Origin: Anaerolineales bacterium
GTDB lineage: Bacteria > Chloroflexota > Anaerolineae > Anaerolineales > UBA11858
NCBI GenBank assembly: GCA_021108255.1
Contig: JAIORG010000102.1
Location: forward strand, 529-64,528
Reading direction: 5' to 3'
Length of the DNA stretch: 64,000 nt
Position numbers and translations under genes: made by a program
The notes under the pieces: model-generated
What the model was told of the DNA's origin: nothing
Databases searched by the model: none
What the model saw: only the letters and a program-made list of their open reading frames with translations
Part shown: positions 18,676 to 27,954 of the stretch, in pieces
Layout of the letters: the number at the start of each line of letters is the position of its first letter
Position numbering within the stretch: position 1 is the first letter of the stretch

Positions 18676-19068
18676 ATGGATAATGACAAGTTTTCCGGTT
18701 CATTAATAACGCCTTCAGTTCAAGACAATATTAAAATAATATCGTTTGCCGCTGAACCATATCCTGACGGACGAAGGGTACTAGTAAGGCTGTTATTGTC
18801 TTCTTTTCTAGAAGGACCTAACGCAACAATAAATTTATCCAACGAGGAGAACCAGGAACTGGCAACGGTAAATATCGTCAGTATCTTTAGCCCGGAGAAC
18901 GAGATCACCCTCCATATCCCTGGAAACAAAAAACTCCCAGGTGACTATAAAATTGATGTCGAAGTATTTTATACCGAGGAAGAAGAAATCGAACAGGAGG
19001 GGAAAAAGCGGTTGTCTTTTAAGCAATCCCTGGTCGACAGCGCTTCAACCTCATTTTCTATCCAGTGA
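18676..19068 (+). CDS. Hypothetical 130-aa protein (beta-rich with an acidic C-terminal part)
   Basis: ORF with AAAGG SD-like sequence. Its stop overlaps the GTG start of the downstream methyltransferase (GTGA). No family recognised. Confidence 0.5.
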   Translation: MDNDKFSGSLITPSVQDNIKIISFAAEPYPDGRRVLVRLLLSSFLEGPNATINLSNEENQELATVNIVSIFSPENEITLHIPGNKKLPGDYKIDVEVFYTEEEEIEQEGKKRLSFKQSLVDSASTSFSIQ

Positions 19069-20477
19069 CTACTCCCTTCCCGAACGACTTTATCACTGAA
19101 ATTAACCGGCTTCTTGGGGAACAATCCTCTAGGTTTTGGGATAATCAGGAAACAACCCCGACAATTTCAGGTCTGCGTGTAAATACACTTAAGACAAATC
19201 CTGAATTATTCCGAACAATCTTCTCTGCCAAATTAAAGACTTTACCCTGGGCCGATGATGGATTTCAACTCCCTCAAGGCAGCAATCCAGGAAAACATCC
19301 TTTCCACTCTGCCGGACTTTATTATCTTCAGGAACCTTCAGCTATGGCGCCCGCAGCTGCACTTGATCCTCAACCGGGAGAATTAGTACTTGATCTTTGT
19401 GCTGCTCCCGGGGGAAAAGCTACCCAAATCTTATCGCTAATGGAGAACCAGGGCCTATTGATTGCAAATGATTCCAATCCCCGGCGAGTGCAGGCACTGG
19501 CACGGAACATTGAACGCTGGGGAGCTCGGAATACTGTAATTACCAATGAGATTCCCAGAAGATTGGCAGAGCATTTTGGTCCGGTCTTTGACCGGGTGCT
19601 GGTAGATGCACCCTGTTCCGGGGAAGGAACCTTCCGAATAGATCCCGGTGAAATTAAAAAATGGTCAATCAATTTCAGCAAACGGTGTAAGTTGATCCAG
19701 GATGAAATCCTCTGGTTTGCCGGAAAAATGGTTCGTCCCGGAGGGATTTTGGTATATTCAACCTGTACCTTTAACCAACAGGAAAACGAGGGGTCGGTAA
19801 TGAGATTCCTTCAAGCAAATACGGATTTTGTTGTAGATCCAATCCCTCTCCAGCCCGGATTCTCAACCGGCATTCCATTGTCAAAAGCAGATCCTGGAAA
19901 TCTGAAAGGGACTGTCCGGATTTGGCCCCATCTGGCTCCCGGAGAAGGCCATTTCATTGCCCGGTTGAGGAAATCTGAAAATTCAGTTTCAAGACAATTA
20001 CCCAGACAAAGTACTCAAACTGTGCTAACTGCAAATCAGCTGAAGATATATAAAGAATTTTTTGATTCTTCCCTGAAACTGACACCAGGAACAAAGATAA
20101 TCTCACCCGGTAGTTCATCCCTGTCTTGTTTTGGAAATCAACTGTATTTATTCCCCCCGAATACACCTCAACTTGAGGGTTTACACATTCATCATTGGGG
20201 ATGGTCACTCGGCATGTTTAAAGGTGATCGGTTTAGACCCAGTTCTGCCCTGGCATCCGGCTTAACCAGAGAGGATTCACAAATAGTGATAGAATTCCCA
20301 GTAGGTGATCCGAACCTGATTTCTTATCTTCGAGGATCTCCTATCCGCTATCCAGGTGATGTGGCGGCAAATAGTGCTTGGGTATTGGTAACTGTAGAAG
20401 GATTTCCTCTTGGTTGGGGAAAAATTGTTCAGGGCCGTTTAAAAAGTCATCTTCCAAGCTGGCTGCGTCATACCTAA
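19065..20477 (+). CDS. NOL1/NOP2/Sun family rRNA m5C methyltransferase (RsmF/RsmB-like)
   Basis: SAM motif DLCAAPGGKAT, catalytic motifs DAPCSGEGTFR and YSTCTF. C-terminal PUA-like extension. Confidence 0.9.
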   Translation: MTTPFPNDFITEINRLLGEQSSRFWDNQETTPTISGLRVNTLKTNPELFRTIFSAKLKTLPWADDGFQLPQGSNPGKHPFHSAGLYYLQEPSAMAPAAALDPQPGELVLDLCAAPGGKATQILSLMENQGLLIANDSNPRRVQALARNIERWGARNTVITNEIPRRLAEHFGPVFDRVLVDAPCSGEGTFRIDPGEIKKWSINFSKRCKLIQDEILWFAGKMVRPGGILVYSTCTFNQQENEGSVMRFLQANTDFVVDPIPLQPGFSTGIPLSKADPGNLKGTVRIWPHLAPGEGHFIARLRKSENSVSRQLPRQSTQTVLTANQLKIYKEFFDSSLKLTPGTKIISPGSSSLSCFGNQLYLFPPNTPQLEGLHIHHWGWSLGMFKGDRFRPSSALASGLTREDSQIVIEFPVGDPNLISYLRGSPIRYPGDVAANSAWVLVTVEGFPLGWGKIVQGRLKSHLPSWLRHT

Positions 20478-20499
20478 AAATCTTTGCGGGATTATTATT

Positions 20500-22356
20500 A
20501 TGAACACTGATGCTTCTGCTGAAAATAACAATCAAAAACCAGACAGAAGATTCCCCTCAAACCTGATCCTTCTGGCAATCGGCGCCATCCTGTTAATCTC
20601 TGCCATAATCCTCTATCCCGCAGCACTACGCAGGATGGAAGAACACCCTGCGCCAGAACCGTCAACAGCTGAATTGACACCAGAGGCAGATACTGTCCAG
20701 ATTTCCATAACCGAAACAACTGCTCCTGTTGCCAACATTACACCAATTTCAAACCCTTCGTCCACTCCTGTCGTAATCGAGTTTCCCTCCCAATTTGGCA
20801 CATTAGTGCTGTCAATCCGGGAAGGTACTGATATTCACTTGTTTGCTTACCAGCCGTTTTTGGAAAAAATTAATGAGGGCACATATAGCGCACTGCCCTT
20901 AACTCGGATCACAACAGGGAATCATCAGGACATTACTCCAGCCATAAGTCCGGATGGCACAAAGATAGCCTTCTCTTCCAACAGAGAGGGTTCCTGGGAT
21001 CTCTACATCCTGGACTTAATCAACGGAGATACCAGGAAATTTACCGATACCATGGCATATGATGGGAATCCAACCTGGTCGCCGGATGGACAGTGGTTGG
21101 CTTATGAGAGCTACCATATCAACAACCTGGATATTTTTATCCAGGATATTGATCAAACACAGGGACCCATTCCCCTTACAAATCACCCTGCAGCAGATTA
21201 TGCTCCCAATTGGTCCGGGCAGGGACGCAGGATAAGTTATATCTCTACTCGAAACGGCGTACAGGAAGTCTGGTATGCAGATCTGGACTCAACCGAGAGT
21301 GAAAAATCAGTCCAGGTAAGGAATCTCCCGGGGCTGAATGCAAAACACCCCACCTGGACAACCGACGGCAGGTACCTGTCCTGGTCGATTGTCACCGAAG
21401 AAGGCAGTCATACCCTTGTCACCTGGGATTCAGAACAACCGGAGCTAGACCCTATCCTGGCAGGAACCGGAGATTGGCCGCTCTGGGCAGGAACAGGAGA
21501 TGTATTGTATGCGTTGATTGAAACCCCGTATGATACCTATCTCACTGCTTATCCTGGTCTCGAATATGATCTTCAGGTGATGATGCCGGCAGTAAAATTA
21601 CCCGGTCCCGTAGCCGGTTTCAGCTGGGCAGAAGGCATTTCGCTTGCCCCTATGGACCCTGCTGTTCAAATCAATCCTACGCCTCTCTGGAACCCTGCTC
21701 TCCTGCAAGACGAGAACTCAGAGATCATTAAAAAAGATTTATTCCGGCTGAGAGATATTAATGCCCCTTATCCCCATTTAAATCAAGATGCTGTTAGTTC
21801 GTTTACATCACTCAGGCAGGAAACCAGAGATATATCGGGGTGGGATTTTCTTTCTACACTAGAAAATGTCTACCTGCCACTTGCAGAATCTGTCGATCCA
21901 GGGGTTAATATGAACTGGCTGTACACCGGACGGGGACTATCGGTAAATGACATTCCCAGACTTGCAAATTGGCTTATCGTAGTCCGGGAGGATTATGGCA
22001 CCCAGACATTCTGGCGGCTTTATATTCGGGCCAATGTCCAGAATGGCTCCCAAGGTCTACCTCTGAATAACTATTTCTGGGATTTTAATGCCAGATTTTC
22101 CGGTTCAAATTCATCTTACGAAAATGGCGGCTCAATCTCAAAAAATATTCCAGATGGGTACTGGATCGATTTTACTGAGCTGGCAGCTACCTTCGGATGG
22201 GAGAGATTTCCCGCACAGTCTCATTGGCAATATTCTGAATCTGCTGCCCGCTATCAATACTTTGCTTTTAAACAGGGATTAAGTCTGCGTTCCGCGCTGC
22301 TTGAATTATATTCGCCACAAGCCATCCAGCCATTTACGAATTCTGCAAATCCCTGA
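20500..22356 (+). CDS. Membrane-anchored TolB-like beta-propeller (PD40 repeats) protein with an unknown C-terminal domain
   Basis: N-terminal TM segment. Repeats PAISPDGTKIAFSSNREGSWDLYILD, PTWSPDGQWLAYESY, PNWSGQGRRISYIS and PTWTTDGRYLSW. Confidence 0.75.
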   Translation: MNTDASAENNNQKPDRRFPSNLILLAIGAILLISAIILYPAALRRMEEHPAPEPSTAELTPEADTVQISITETTAPVANITPISNPSSTPVVIEFPSQFGTLVLSIREGTDIHLFAYQPFLEKINEGTYSALPLTRITTGNHQDITPAISPDGTKIAFSSNREGSWDLYILDLINGDTRKFTDTMAYDGNPTWSPDGQWLAYESYHINNLDIFIQDIDQTQGPIPLTNHPAADYAPNWSGQGRRISYISTRNGVQEVWYADLDSTESEKSVQVRNLPGLNAKHPTWTTDGRYLSWSIVTEEGSHTLVTWDSEQPELDPILAGTGDWPLWAGTGDVLYALIETPYDTYLTAYPGLEYDLQVMMPAVKLPGPVAGFSWAEGISLAPMDPAVQINPTPLWNPALLQDENSEIIKKDLFRLRDINAPYPHLNQDAVSSFTSLRQETRDISGWDFLSTLENVYLPLAESVDPGVNMNWLYTGRGLSVNDIPRLANWLIVVREDYGTQTFWRLYIRANVQNGSQGLPLNNYFWDFNARFSGSNSSYENGGSISKNIPDGYWIDFTELAATFGWERFPAQSHWQYSESAARYQYFAFKQGLSLRSALLELYSPQAIQPFTNSANP

Positions 22357-22360
22357 TCTG

Positions 22361-23554
22361 ATGATGAAAAGAGAGTTACGGACAAACTTAGGACGAAGAG
22401 GAATCCTGGTTCAAGGCGGTGTATATTTAACAGCAATATTGCTGCTTGGCGCCTGCACCATGGATACCGGTTTTCCCGGCAATAAGCAGGATACCGCAAC
22501 CCCAACAGTATCTACACCTGCAGCCAGTTTTACTCCATTAGAGCCAACAGAGACCCATGTGAGCCTGAATCTGACCACACTGACACCAACTGCTGTGCCG
22601 GAAATCAGCTCAACCCCAGAACCGGTCCCATCTACTCCTGATTTATCCAATCCCCCCGACCCTCAAAAATCTTTTACCGCCTGGAGACCACCTGTGTACC
22701 CGGTTCCCTGGGTGCCAAGCCCCCAGGATCATTTTTATTTTTCAAACCCAATTGCAGCCCATACTATCGATCCAGCTTATTCTACCTACGGTTATGGGGA
22801 TGTGTTTTTTAAGGATGTTGTTCACACGGGAATTGATATCCCAGGTGATATAGGAACACCGATCCTGGCAGCAGGAGATGGAAAAATAGTTTACGCCGGA
22901 TTCGGCGTGTACCGGGGTGGTTCAGATATTTTTGATGATCCCTATGGAAGGGCTATCGTAATTGAACATTCCTTCAATTACCAGGGCGAATCTCTTTTTA
23001 CACTCTACGCGCATCTTGATGAAATTCTTGTTAAAAAAGGGCAGGTGGTAGCAACAGGAGATCAAATTGGCCTTCTGGGGGAGACTGGAAAAACCACTGG
23101 CCCTCACCTTCACTTTGAAGTCCGAGTGGGGAAAAACGAATATTTTTCATCCCGGAATCCTGACCTGTGGATTTCCCCTTCGCAAGGTTGGGGAATCCTG
23201 GTCGGACAGATATTGACCTATGAAGGCAGGCTGCTGGAACAGCAGGCAGTGTACCTCTCCCGGATTGGAGAACAGATTTCCGAAAGTGAATCTAAAGATT
23301 ATAAATGGATCGGGAAATCATATCAAAATCAAGCAATTAATAGCGACCCCTATTATAAGGAAAATCTCACCATCGCCAATATTCCAGCTGGAACCTATAT
23401 ATTATCAATACCGGTAACAAATATCGGTTATTCCTATCAGAAAATAATTGAAATCCTGCCCGGACAGGTAACGTTTATCAAATTTAATCTTTGGCGGGGA
23501 TTTACTCTAGGAAAACCCCCAACACCGGAAGTTTTCTTTTCACCTTCCCCTTGA
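22361..23554 (+). CDS. M23 family metallopeptidase (LytM-like), membrane anchored
   Basis: HTGIDI (HxxxD) and GPHLHFEV (HxH) motifs. I chose the start at MMKREL (22361), just after the upstream stop. The track start 22301 overlaps the previous gene. Confidence 0.85.
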   Translation: MMKRELRTNLGRRGILVQGGVYLTAILLLGACTMDTGFPGNKQDTATPTVSTPAASFTPLEPTETHVSLNLTTLTPTAVPEISSTPEPVPSTPDLSNPPDPQKSFTAWRPPVYPVPWVPSPQDHFYFSNPIAAHTIDPAYSTYGYGDVFFKDVVHTGIDIPGDIGTPILAAGDGKIVYAGFGVYRGGSDIFDDPYGRAIVIEHSFNYQGESLFTLYAHLDEILVKKGQVVATGDQIGLLGETGKTTGPHLHFEVRVGKNEYFSSRNPDLWISPSQGWGILVGQILTYEGRLLEQQAVYLSRIGEQISESESKDYKWIGKSYQNQAINSDPYYKENLTIANIPAGTYILSIPVTNIGYSYQKIIEILPGQVTFIKFNLWRGFTLGKPPTPEVFFSPSP

Positions 23555-23578
23555 CGTTTAGAACATTTGTGCTACACT
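23551..23578 (+). promoter_or_regulatory. recA promoter (TTGACG-16 nt-TACACT) with an embedded Gram-positive-type SOS (LexA) box
   Basis: -35 at 23551-23556 and -10 at 23573-23578. Between them lies TAGAACATTTGTGCTA (23559-23574), which is GAAC-N4-GTTC with one mismatch (GTGC). Confidence 0.6.
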
Positions 23579-23626
23579 AAAACAAGGCTAGCCAGGTGGA
23601 AATCTATTGTTTTAGAGGAGGATATT

Positions 23627-24682
23627 ATGGCTGATGATCCAAGGAAAACAGCTTTAGACAAAACTCTGCAGGATATTACAAAACGCTTCGGGGAAGGAGC
23701 GATAATGAAGCTTGGTGAAGCACAGGGCATGGAAGTTGATGTAATTCCTACTGGCACATTATCTCTTGACGTAGCTCTTGGTGTGGGGGGAATTCCCAGG
23801 GGAAGGGTAACAGAGATTTATGGACCGGAAGCATCCGGAAAAACCACAATCTGCCAGCACATCGTTGCCGAAGCCCAGAAACTAGGCGGAACCGCCGCTT
23901 TTATTGATATGGAGCACGCTCTAGATCCTGCCTATGCAGCCCGGACCGGGGTGGATGTCAATAATTTATTGATTTCCCAACCGGACACCGGAGAGCAAGC
24001 CCTTGAGATTGCAGAATCTTTGATTCGTTCCGGAGCTGTTGATGTCATCGTTATCGACTCAGTCGCTGCTCTGGTTCCCCGGGCAGAAATTGAGGGTGAT
24101 ATGGGAGACTCCCATATGGGATTGATGGCCAGGCTGATGTCTCAGGCACTCAGGAAACTATCTGGAGCCATCAAGCAAACCAATACCTGCCTGATTTTCA
24201 CCAATCAGCTGCGGGAAAAAATCGGTATTGTCTTTGGAAACCCTGAGACAACCCCCGGCGGCCGAGCTCTTAAATTTTACAGCTCAGTCCGTCTGGACGT
24301 CCGCAGGATTCAATCCATTAAATCCGGAACGGATATTATCGGCGGCAGAATCCGGGTTCGGGTTGTGAAAAATAAAGTAGCTCCTCCTTTTAAAACAGCT
24401 GAATTTGACATCATGAAGGATGGGATCTCAAAATATGGCGATATTCTTGATCTGGCTGTAGAAGTAGGCGTAGTCGATAAACGCGGATCCTTTTATTATT
24501 ATGGTGATGACCTTCGCATCGCACAGGGTCGGGAAAATGCCAAAGAATACATGAAAGAAAATCCGGACTTGGCCCTGGAGATCGAAGGAGAAGTCAGGGC
24601 TCTGGTCTTTGAAGAAATTCAACTCGATCCTGATCCCAATGATCCTGAATCTGGTAGTGGGGATGAAGAAGACCTGCAATAA
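23627..24682 (+). CDS. recA: Recombinase RecA
   Basis: Walker [10 protein letters not shown] and full-length RecA-like sequence. Start at ATG 23627 (MADDPRK), preceded by GAGGAGG. The track start 23567 lies inside the promoter. Confidence 0.97.
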   Translation: MADDPRKTALDKTLQDITKRFGEGAIMKLGEAQGMEVDVIPTGTLSLDVALGVGGIPRGRVTEIYGPEASGKTTICQHIVAEAQKLGGTAAFIDMEHALDPAYAARTGVDVNNLLISQPDTGEQALEIAESLIRSGAVDVIVIDSVAALVPRAEIEGDMGDSHMGLMARLMSQALRKLSGAIKQTNTCLIFTNQLREKIGIVFGNPETTPGGRALKFYSSVRLDVRRIQSIKSGTDIIGGRIRVRVVKNKVAPPFKTAEFDIMKDGISKYGDILDLAVEVGVVDKRGSFYYYGDDLRIAQGRENAKEYMKENPDLALEIEGEVRALVFEEIQLDPDPNDPESGSGDEEDLQ

Positions 24683-24683
24683 A

Positions 24684-25196
24684 ATGAAGAGAAAATTCTG
24701 GATAGTGCTTTTGGTGATTCTGGTCACAGGTTGTCAAGGGGTAGAGCCTGCACCGACCGGGACGCCAGAAGCCCTGTTTGTTCCTCCCGTGGACGACGTG
24801 AACCAAGAACAGAATTCTGAAGTCCCTCCTGCCGCCCCTCCAACCCAACAGGGAAATTGTGTAAATCAACTCCGCTATAAAAAAGACCTGACAATTCCCG
24901 ACGGCAGTGAAGTATTAGAAGGGGAAAAAATCACGAAGCGCTGGTTAATCACCAACGAAGGCAGCTGTAATTGGGACCAGTCCTATTCCTTACAGTTAAT
25001 CTCGGGGTTGGCTCTGGGGGCAAAAAAGTATCAGCTGCTTTACCCTGCACGACAGGGCTCAAGAGCAATCCTGGAAATCTCTTTCACCGCTCCTGATAAT
25101 CCAGGACGATACAATTCCTGGTGGCAGGCTTTTGATTCCAAAGGAAAGCGATTTGGAGATCCGCTTTACATGGATATCATAGTATTAAGTGAGTAA
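24684..25196 (+). CDS. Lipoprotein with Nbr1-FW-like (Ig-like) domain
   Basis: Start MKRKFW lies 1 nt after the recA stop. Lipobox VTGC. The segments ITKRWLITNEGSCNWDQSYSLQLISG and PGRYNSWWQAFDSKGKRFGDPLYMDI resemble the Nbr1 FW domain. Confidence 0.55.
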   Translation: MKRKFWIVLLVILVTGCQGVEPAPTGTPEALFVPPVDDVNQEQNSEVPPAAPPTQQGNCVNQLRYKKDLTIPDGSEVLEGEKITKRWLITNEGSCNWDQSYSLQLISGLALGAKKYQLLYPARQGSRAILEISFTAPDNPGRYNSWWQAFDSKGKRFGDPLYMDIIVLSE

Positions 25197-25695
25197 ACCG
25201 GGAATGGAGCCCCACCACATGAAATATAATAAATCCAGTGTCCAGCGAGTTCTGGATGAATTGAAGTCCTTAAATCTCCCTACTCAATTTAAGGACCTAC
25301 CTCAAAGTACCCGGACAGCAAGAGAAGCCGCGGCGGCTGTTAACTGTCATGTCGGTCAAATCGTAAAGTCACTGGTATTCCAAACCAAATCCACCCACAA
25401 ACCCATACTGGTATTAACCAGTGGATCCAACCAGGTAAATGAAGCAGTTGTAGGAGCTGTAATCGGAGAAGATATTGATTTTGCTTCTGCAGAGTTTGTC
25501 CGCGAGATGACTGGTTTTGCGATTGGTGGGGTATCCCCCTTTGGGCTGAAGGAGGAAATTGCAACCTATATCGACGAAGATCTGCTTCAGCATCCGGTTA
25601 TCTGGGCTGCAGCGGGATCACCCAATGCTGTCTTCAGTATCTGTCCGGAAGATTTGGTTAGTGCTATTCAAGGGCAGATAATCACTGTCGTTTAG
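25189..25695 (+). CDS. YbaK/EbsC-type aminoacyl-tRNA deacylase
   Basis: TAREAAAAVNCHVGQIVKSLVF and GFAIGGVSPFG segments. The start is uncertain: GTG 25189, ATG 25204 or ATG 25219. Confidence 0.75.
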   Translation: MSKPGMEPHHMKYNKSSVQRVLDELKSLNLPTQFKDLPQSTRTAREAAAAVNCHVGQIVKSLVFQTKSTHKPILVLTSGSNQVNEAVVGAVIGEDIDFASAEFVREMTGFAIGGVSPFGLKEEIATYIDEDLLQHPVIWAAAGSPNAVFSICPEDLVSAIQGQIITVV

Positions 25696-26002
25696 GTAAA
25701 GTTATCAATTTAAAGAATTGTAAGAGAATTGATCCTCTGCTATTTTTCCCTCTTGATAAAACCCGCTGGTGGTTTTTTTAAATCAGGCGGTTATTGTCGT
25801 AATCCGTGAAATATTCCTTTGTTAATAAATAGCCTTCTTCATCAGCAGGTCAAATTGTATTGCACTCCATCCCAAACGTCACCAGAAACAATAAAACTGG
25901 ATCCCAGGTAAGTTTCAATTGGGTCCAGTTCTTTTTCAGATAATTATGCTTTATCCCTGTAGAGTATTGATCAATCCAATTTCATCCTGCGTCGGCAGCA
26001 GA

Positions 26003-26479
26003 TTATTGTTGCCGTTTTATAATGACCAGGCAGTATGAAAAGACCAACAAGGAAATTGATATTTGATTAAATATTTTTAACATTGCTCCTCTTTTAAAGG
26101 TGCCGATGGGTTTAAACTCACAAATAATCTGGTCCTGGGAATTTTTAAGAATCCAGCTCCTGGACATTCCTTTTCCCGGAAGAAGCGCAAAAAGTTCATC
26201 TTCAAAAATGATGATAAGGACCCTTCTCAACCCTCCGCGAGGTGCGGCGCTGGCTATTACCGCACCTTCCTGTTTTAGTTCATAGTGACTTTTCCAAAAA
26301 CTTATCTTGTCAAAGATCAAAGATAAATCTTCTTGACCAGTAAACATCCCTTCTGTTTTTCCGGCATTAAGGGTTAGAACTCCTAATGTATCTGATTGCG
26401 TCCCGAAAAGGTGCTCAGTTTTAAAAATGCCTGTTTCGATAACAGCAATCAAATCTGCTGTGAAGTACTCGTTATTCAT
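26003..26479 (-). CDS. Hypothetical tail-anchored protein (158 aa), partner of the SPFH protein
   Basis: The ATG of MNNEYF overlaps the SPFH stop (GATGAATAA). C-terminal hydrophobic tail ISISLLVFSYCLVII. No family recognised, with only a faint Tubby/LURP-one-like beta pattern. Confidence 0.55.
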   Translation of the reverse strand: MNNEYFTADLIAVIETGIFKTEHLFGTQSDTLGVLTLNAGKTEGMFTGQEDLSLIFDKISFWKSHYELKQEGAVIASAAPRGGLRRVLIIIFEDELFALLPGKGMSRSWILKNSQDQIICEFKPIGTFKRGAMLKIFNQISISLLVFSYCLVIIKRQQ

Positions 26480-27440
26480 CCTCTGAATCACCTGCTTCTG
26501 GTTTACCCATCATCCTTTGGGCCATATCAGTCATCGCAGTCATACCCATTAAGCCGCCCAGATTCATGGTATCCACTGCGCTGGAGGGCACGATCACCAT
26601 AGCTCCCTTTTCCTTTAATCCTTCAAAGAGCATATTCATTGCCCGCAGGTGTAAGGCTGTTGGATTATCCTTGTATGCCTCGGCTGCTTTTGCAAATGAG
26701 TCAGCGATTTGCTCTTCACTCTCCCCCAGGATTACCCGTGCCTGTCGTTCTCGCTCAGCCTGCGCTTGGCGGCTCATAGCGTCTTCCAATCCGCCGGGGA
26801 TGACAACATCACGGATTTCCACCGATTGCACAGTGATACCCCAGGGTGTAGTTCGATCATCAATAATATGCTGGAGTTCTGCATCCATCCGGGCTCTGCC
26901 CACCAAAATGTCTGCCAGTTCCATCTGACCTATGATCTCACGCAGAGCGGTTTGCGATGCCCAGGAAATAGCTGCGCGGTAATTTTCCACTTCAAGAGCC
27001 GCTTTTTCTGCATCCCAGACAACCCAGAACAATACAGCATCAACGTCCACCGGTACAGTATCCTTGGTGAGGGTTCTTTCTGCCGTGAAAGAAGTTACCA
27101 TTACCCGATGATCAATCCAGGCAGGTAGTGTATCAAAGATGGGAACAATCCAAAATGGTCCGGGGCCTTTCAGATCAACAAACCTGCCTAAACGAAGATG
27201 AATGGCTTTCTCCCACTGCTCAGCTACTTTGAATGCCAGCAGAACATAAAGCCCCATAATGTTCACAACTAGCAGCTCTGTGATGATCCAGACCAGTTCA
27301 ACTTCCTCGATTGCCATCCAGGCCGCAGCAGCCGATGAGATTATCAGCAGGATCAGAAAAATAAAAACAGCAACACCATTGACCTGACTTTGTTTTTTCT
27401 CCTCAAATCCGATATTTAGTCCTGTTGGTTTAATAACCAT
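26472..27440 (-). CDS. SPFH/band-7 (stomatin/prohibitin-like) membrane protein
   Basis: N-terminal TM segments followed by the SPFH core (TKDTVPVDVDAVLFWVVWD...REIIGQMELADIL...IRDVVIP) and an Ala/Glu-rich coiled region. Confidence 0.9.
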   Translation of the reverse strand: MVIKPTGLNIGFEEKKQSQVNGVAVFIFLILLIISSAAAAWMAIEEVELVWIITELLVVNIMGLYVLLAFKVAEQWEKAIHLRLGRFVDLKGPGPFWIVPIFDTLPAWIDHRVMVTSFTAERTLTKDTVPVDVDAVLFWVVWDAEKAALEVENYRAAISWASQTALREIIGQMELADILVGRARMDAELQHIIDDRTTPWGITVQSVEIRDVVIPGGLEDAMSRQAQAERERQARVILGESEEQIADSFAKAAEAYKDNPTALHLRAMNMLFEGLKEKGAMVIVPSSAVDTMNLGGLMGMTAMTDMAQRMMGKPEAGDSEDE

Positions 27441-27467
27441 TTTTTCCTTCCTCCATAAATAAAATAA

Positions 27468-27866
27468 TTATTGCTCTTTGTTCTTCTCAAGCCAGATTTT
27501 CATTTCCTCCTGAAAGGCTTTCTCTATCTCAGCCGGAGAATATCCCAGGCTCCGGGCTTCCTCCAGCGCAGTTTCGATAATGGAGTGGAGCAACCTTTGA
27601 CGTTTACGCTCAATTTGGTTTTTGTCCAGAACTCCAGTAACAAAAGTGCCCTTGCCCCTCTGGGTAGAGATTACTCCTTCCCTGTCAAGTTCAAAGTAAG
27701 CCCTGGCGACCGTATTGAGGTTTACTCGAATGTCTGCAGCCAACTCCCTGATTGTGGGTAATTGTTCGCCCGGCTGCAATTGTCCGGCGGCGATAAAGGA
27801 ATGAATGCTGTCCTCAATCTGGACATAAATTGGCACGCTGCTGTCGGGATCTATTTTTAATTTCAT
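27468..27866 (-). CDS. GntR family transcriptional regulator, short YtrA-like subtype
   Basis: wHTH LPTIRELAADIRVNLNTVARAYFELDREGVISTQRGKGTFV. Only about 60 aa follow the DNA-binding domain. Confidence 0.9.
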   Translation of the reverse strand: MKLKIDPDSSVPIYVQIEDSIHSFIAAGQLQPGEQLPTIRELAADIRVNLNTVARAYFELDREGVISTQRGKGTFVTGVLDKNQIERKRQRLLHSIIETALEEARSLGYSPAEIEKAFQEEMKIWLEKNKEQ

Positions 27867-27906
27867 ATAATCCTATTGTAATAGTGTATTAGTACAATAG
27901 GATTAT
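27867..27906. promoter_or_regulatory. Perfect 14-bp inverted repeat, a candidate GntR operator
   Basis: ATAATCCTATTGTA (27867-27880), a 12-bp spacer, then TACAATAGGATTAT (27893-27906). It starts immediately next to the gntR ATG. Confidence 0.6.
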
Positions 27907-27930
27907 TGCATATTTAATTAGGTTTGTCAA
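27902..27930 (-). promoter_or_regulatory. Putative gntR-operon promoter, TTGACA-17 nt-(TGc)AATAAT
   Basis: -35 at 27930-27925 and -10 at 27907-27902, with TGn immediately upstream. The -10 overlaps the distal palindrome arm. Confidence 0.5.
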
Positions 27931-27954
27931 GTTTTACCCATTAAATTCTGTAAA

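Noticed and set aside
26566-27128. 120-aa and 139-aa ORFs antisense to the SPFH gene.
   Set aside because: These are shadow ORFs of a well-supported gene, with low-complexity Ser/Arg/Cys content.
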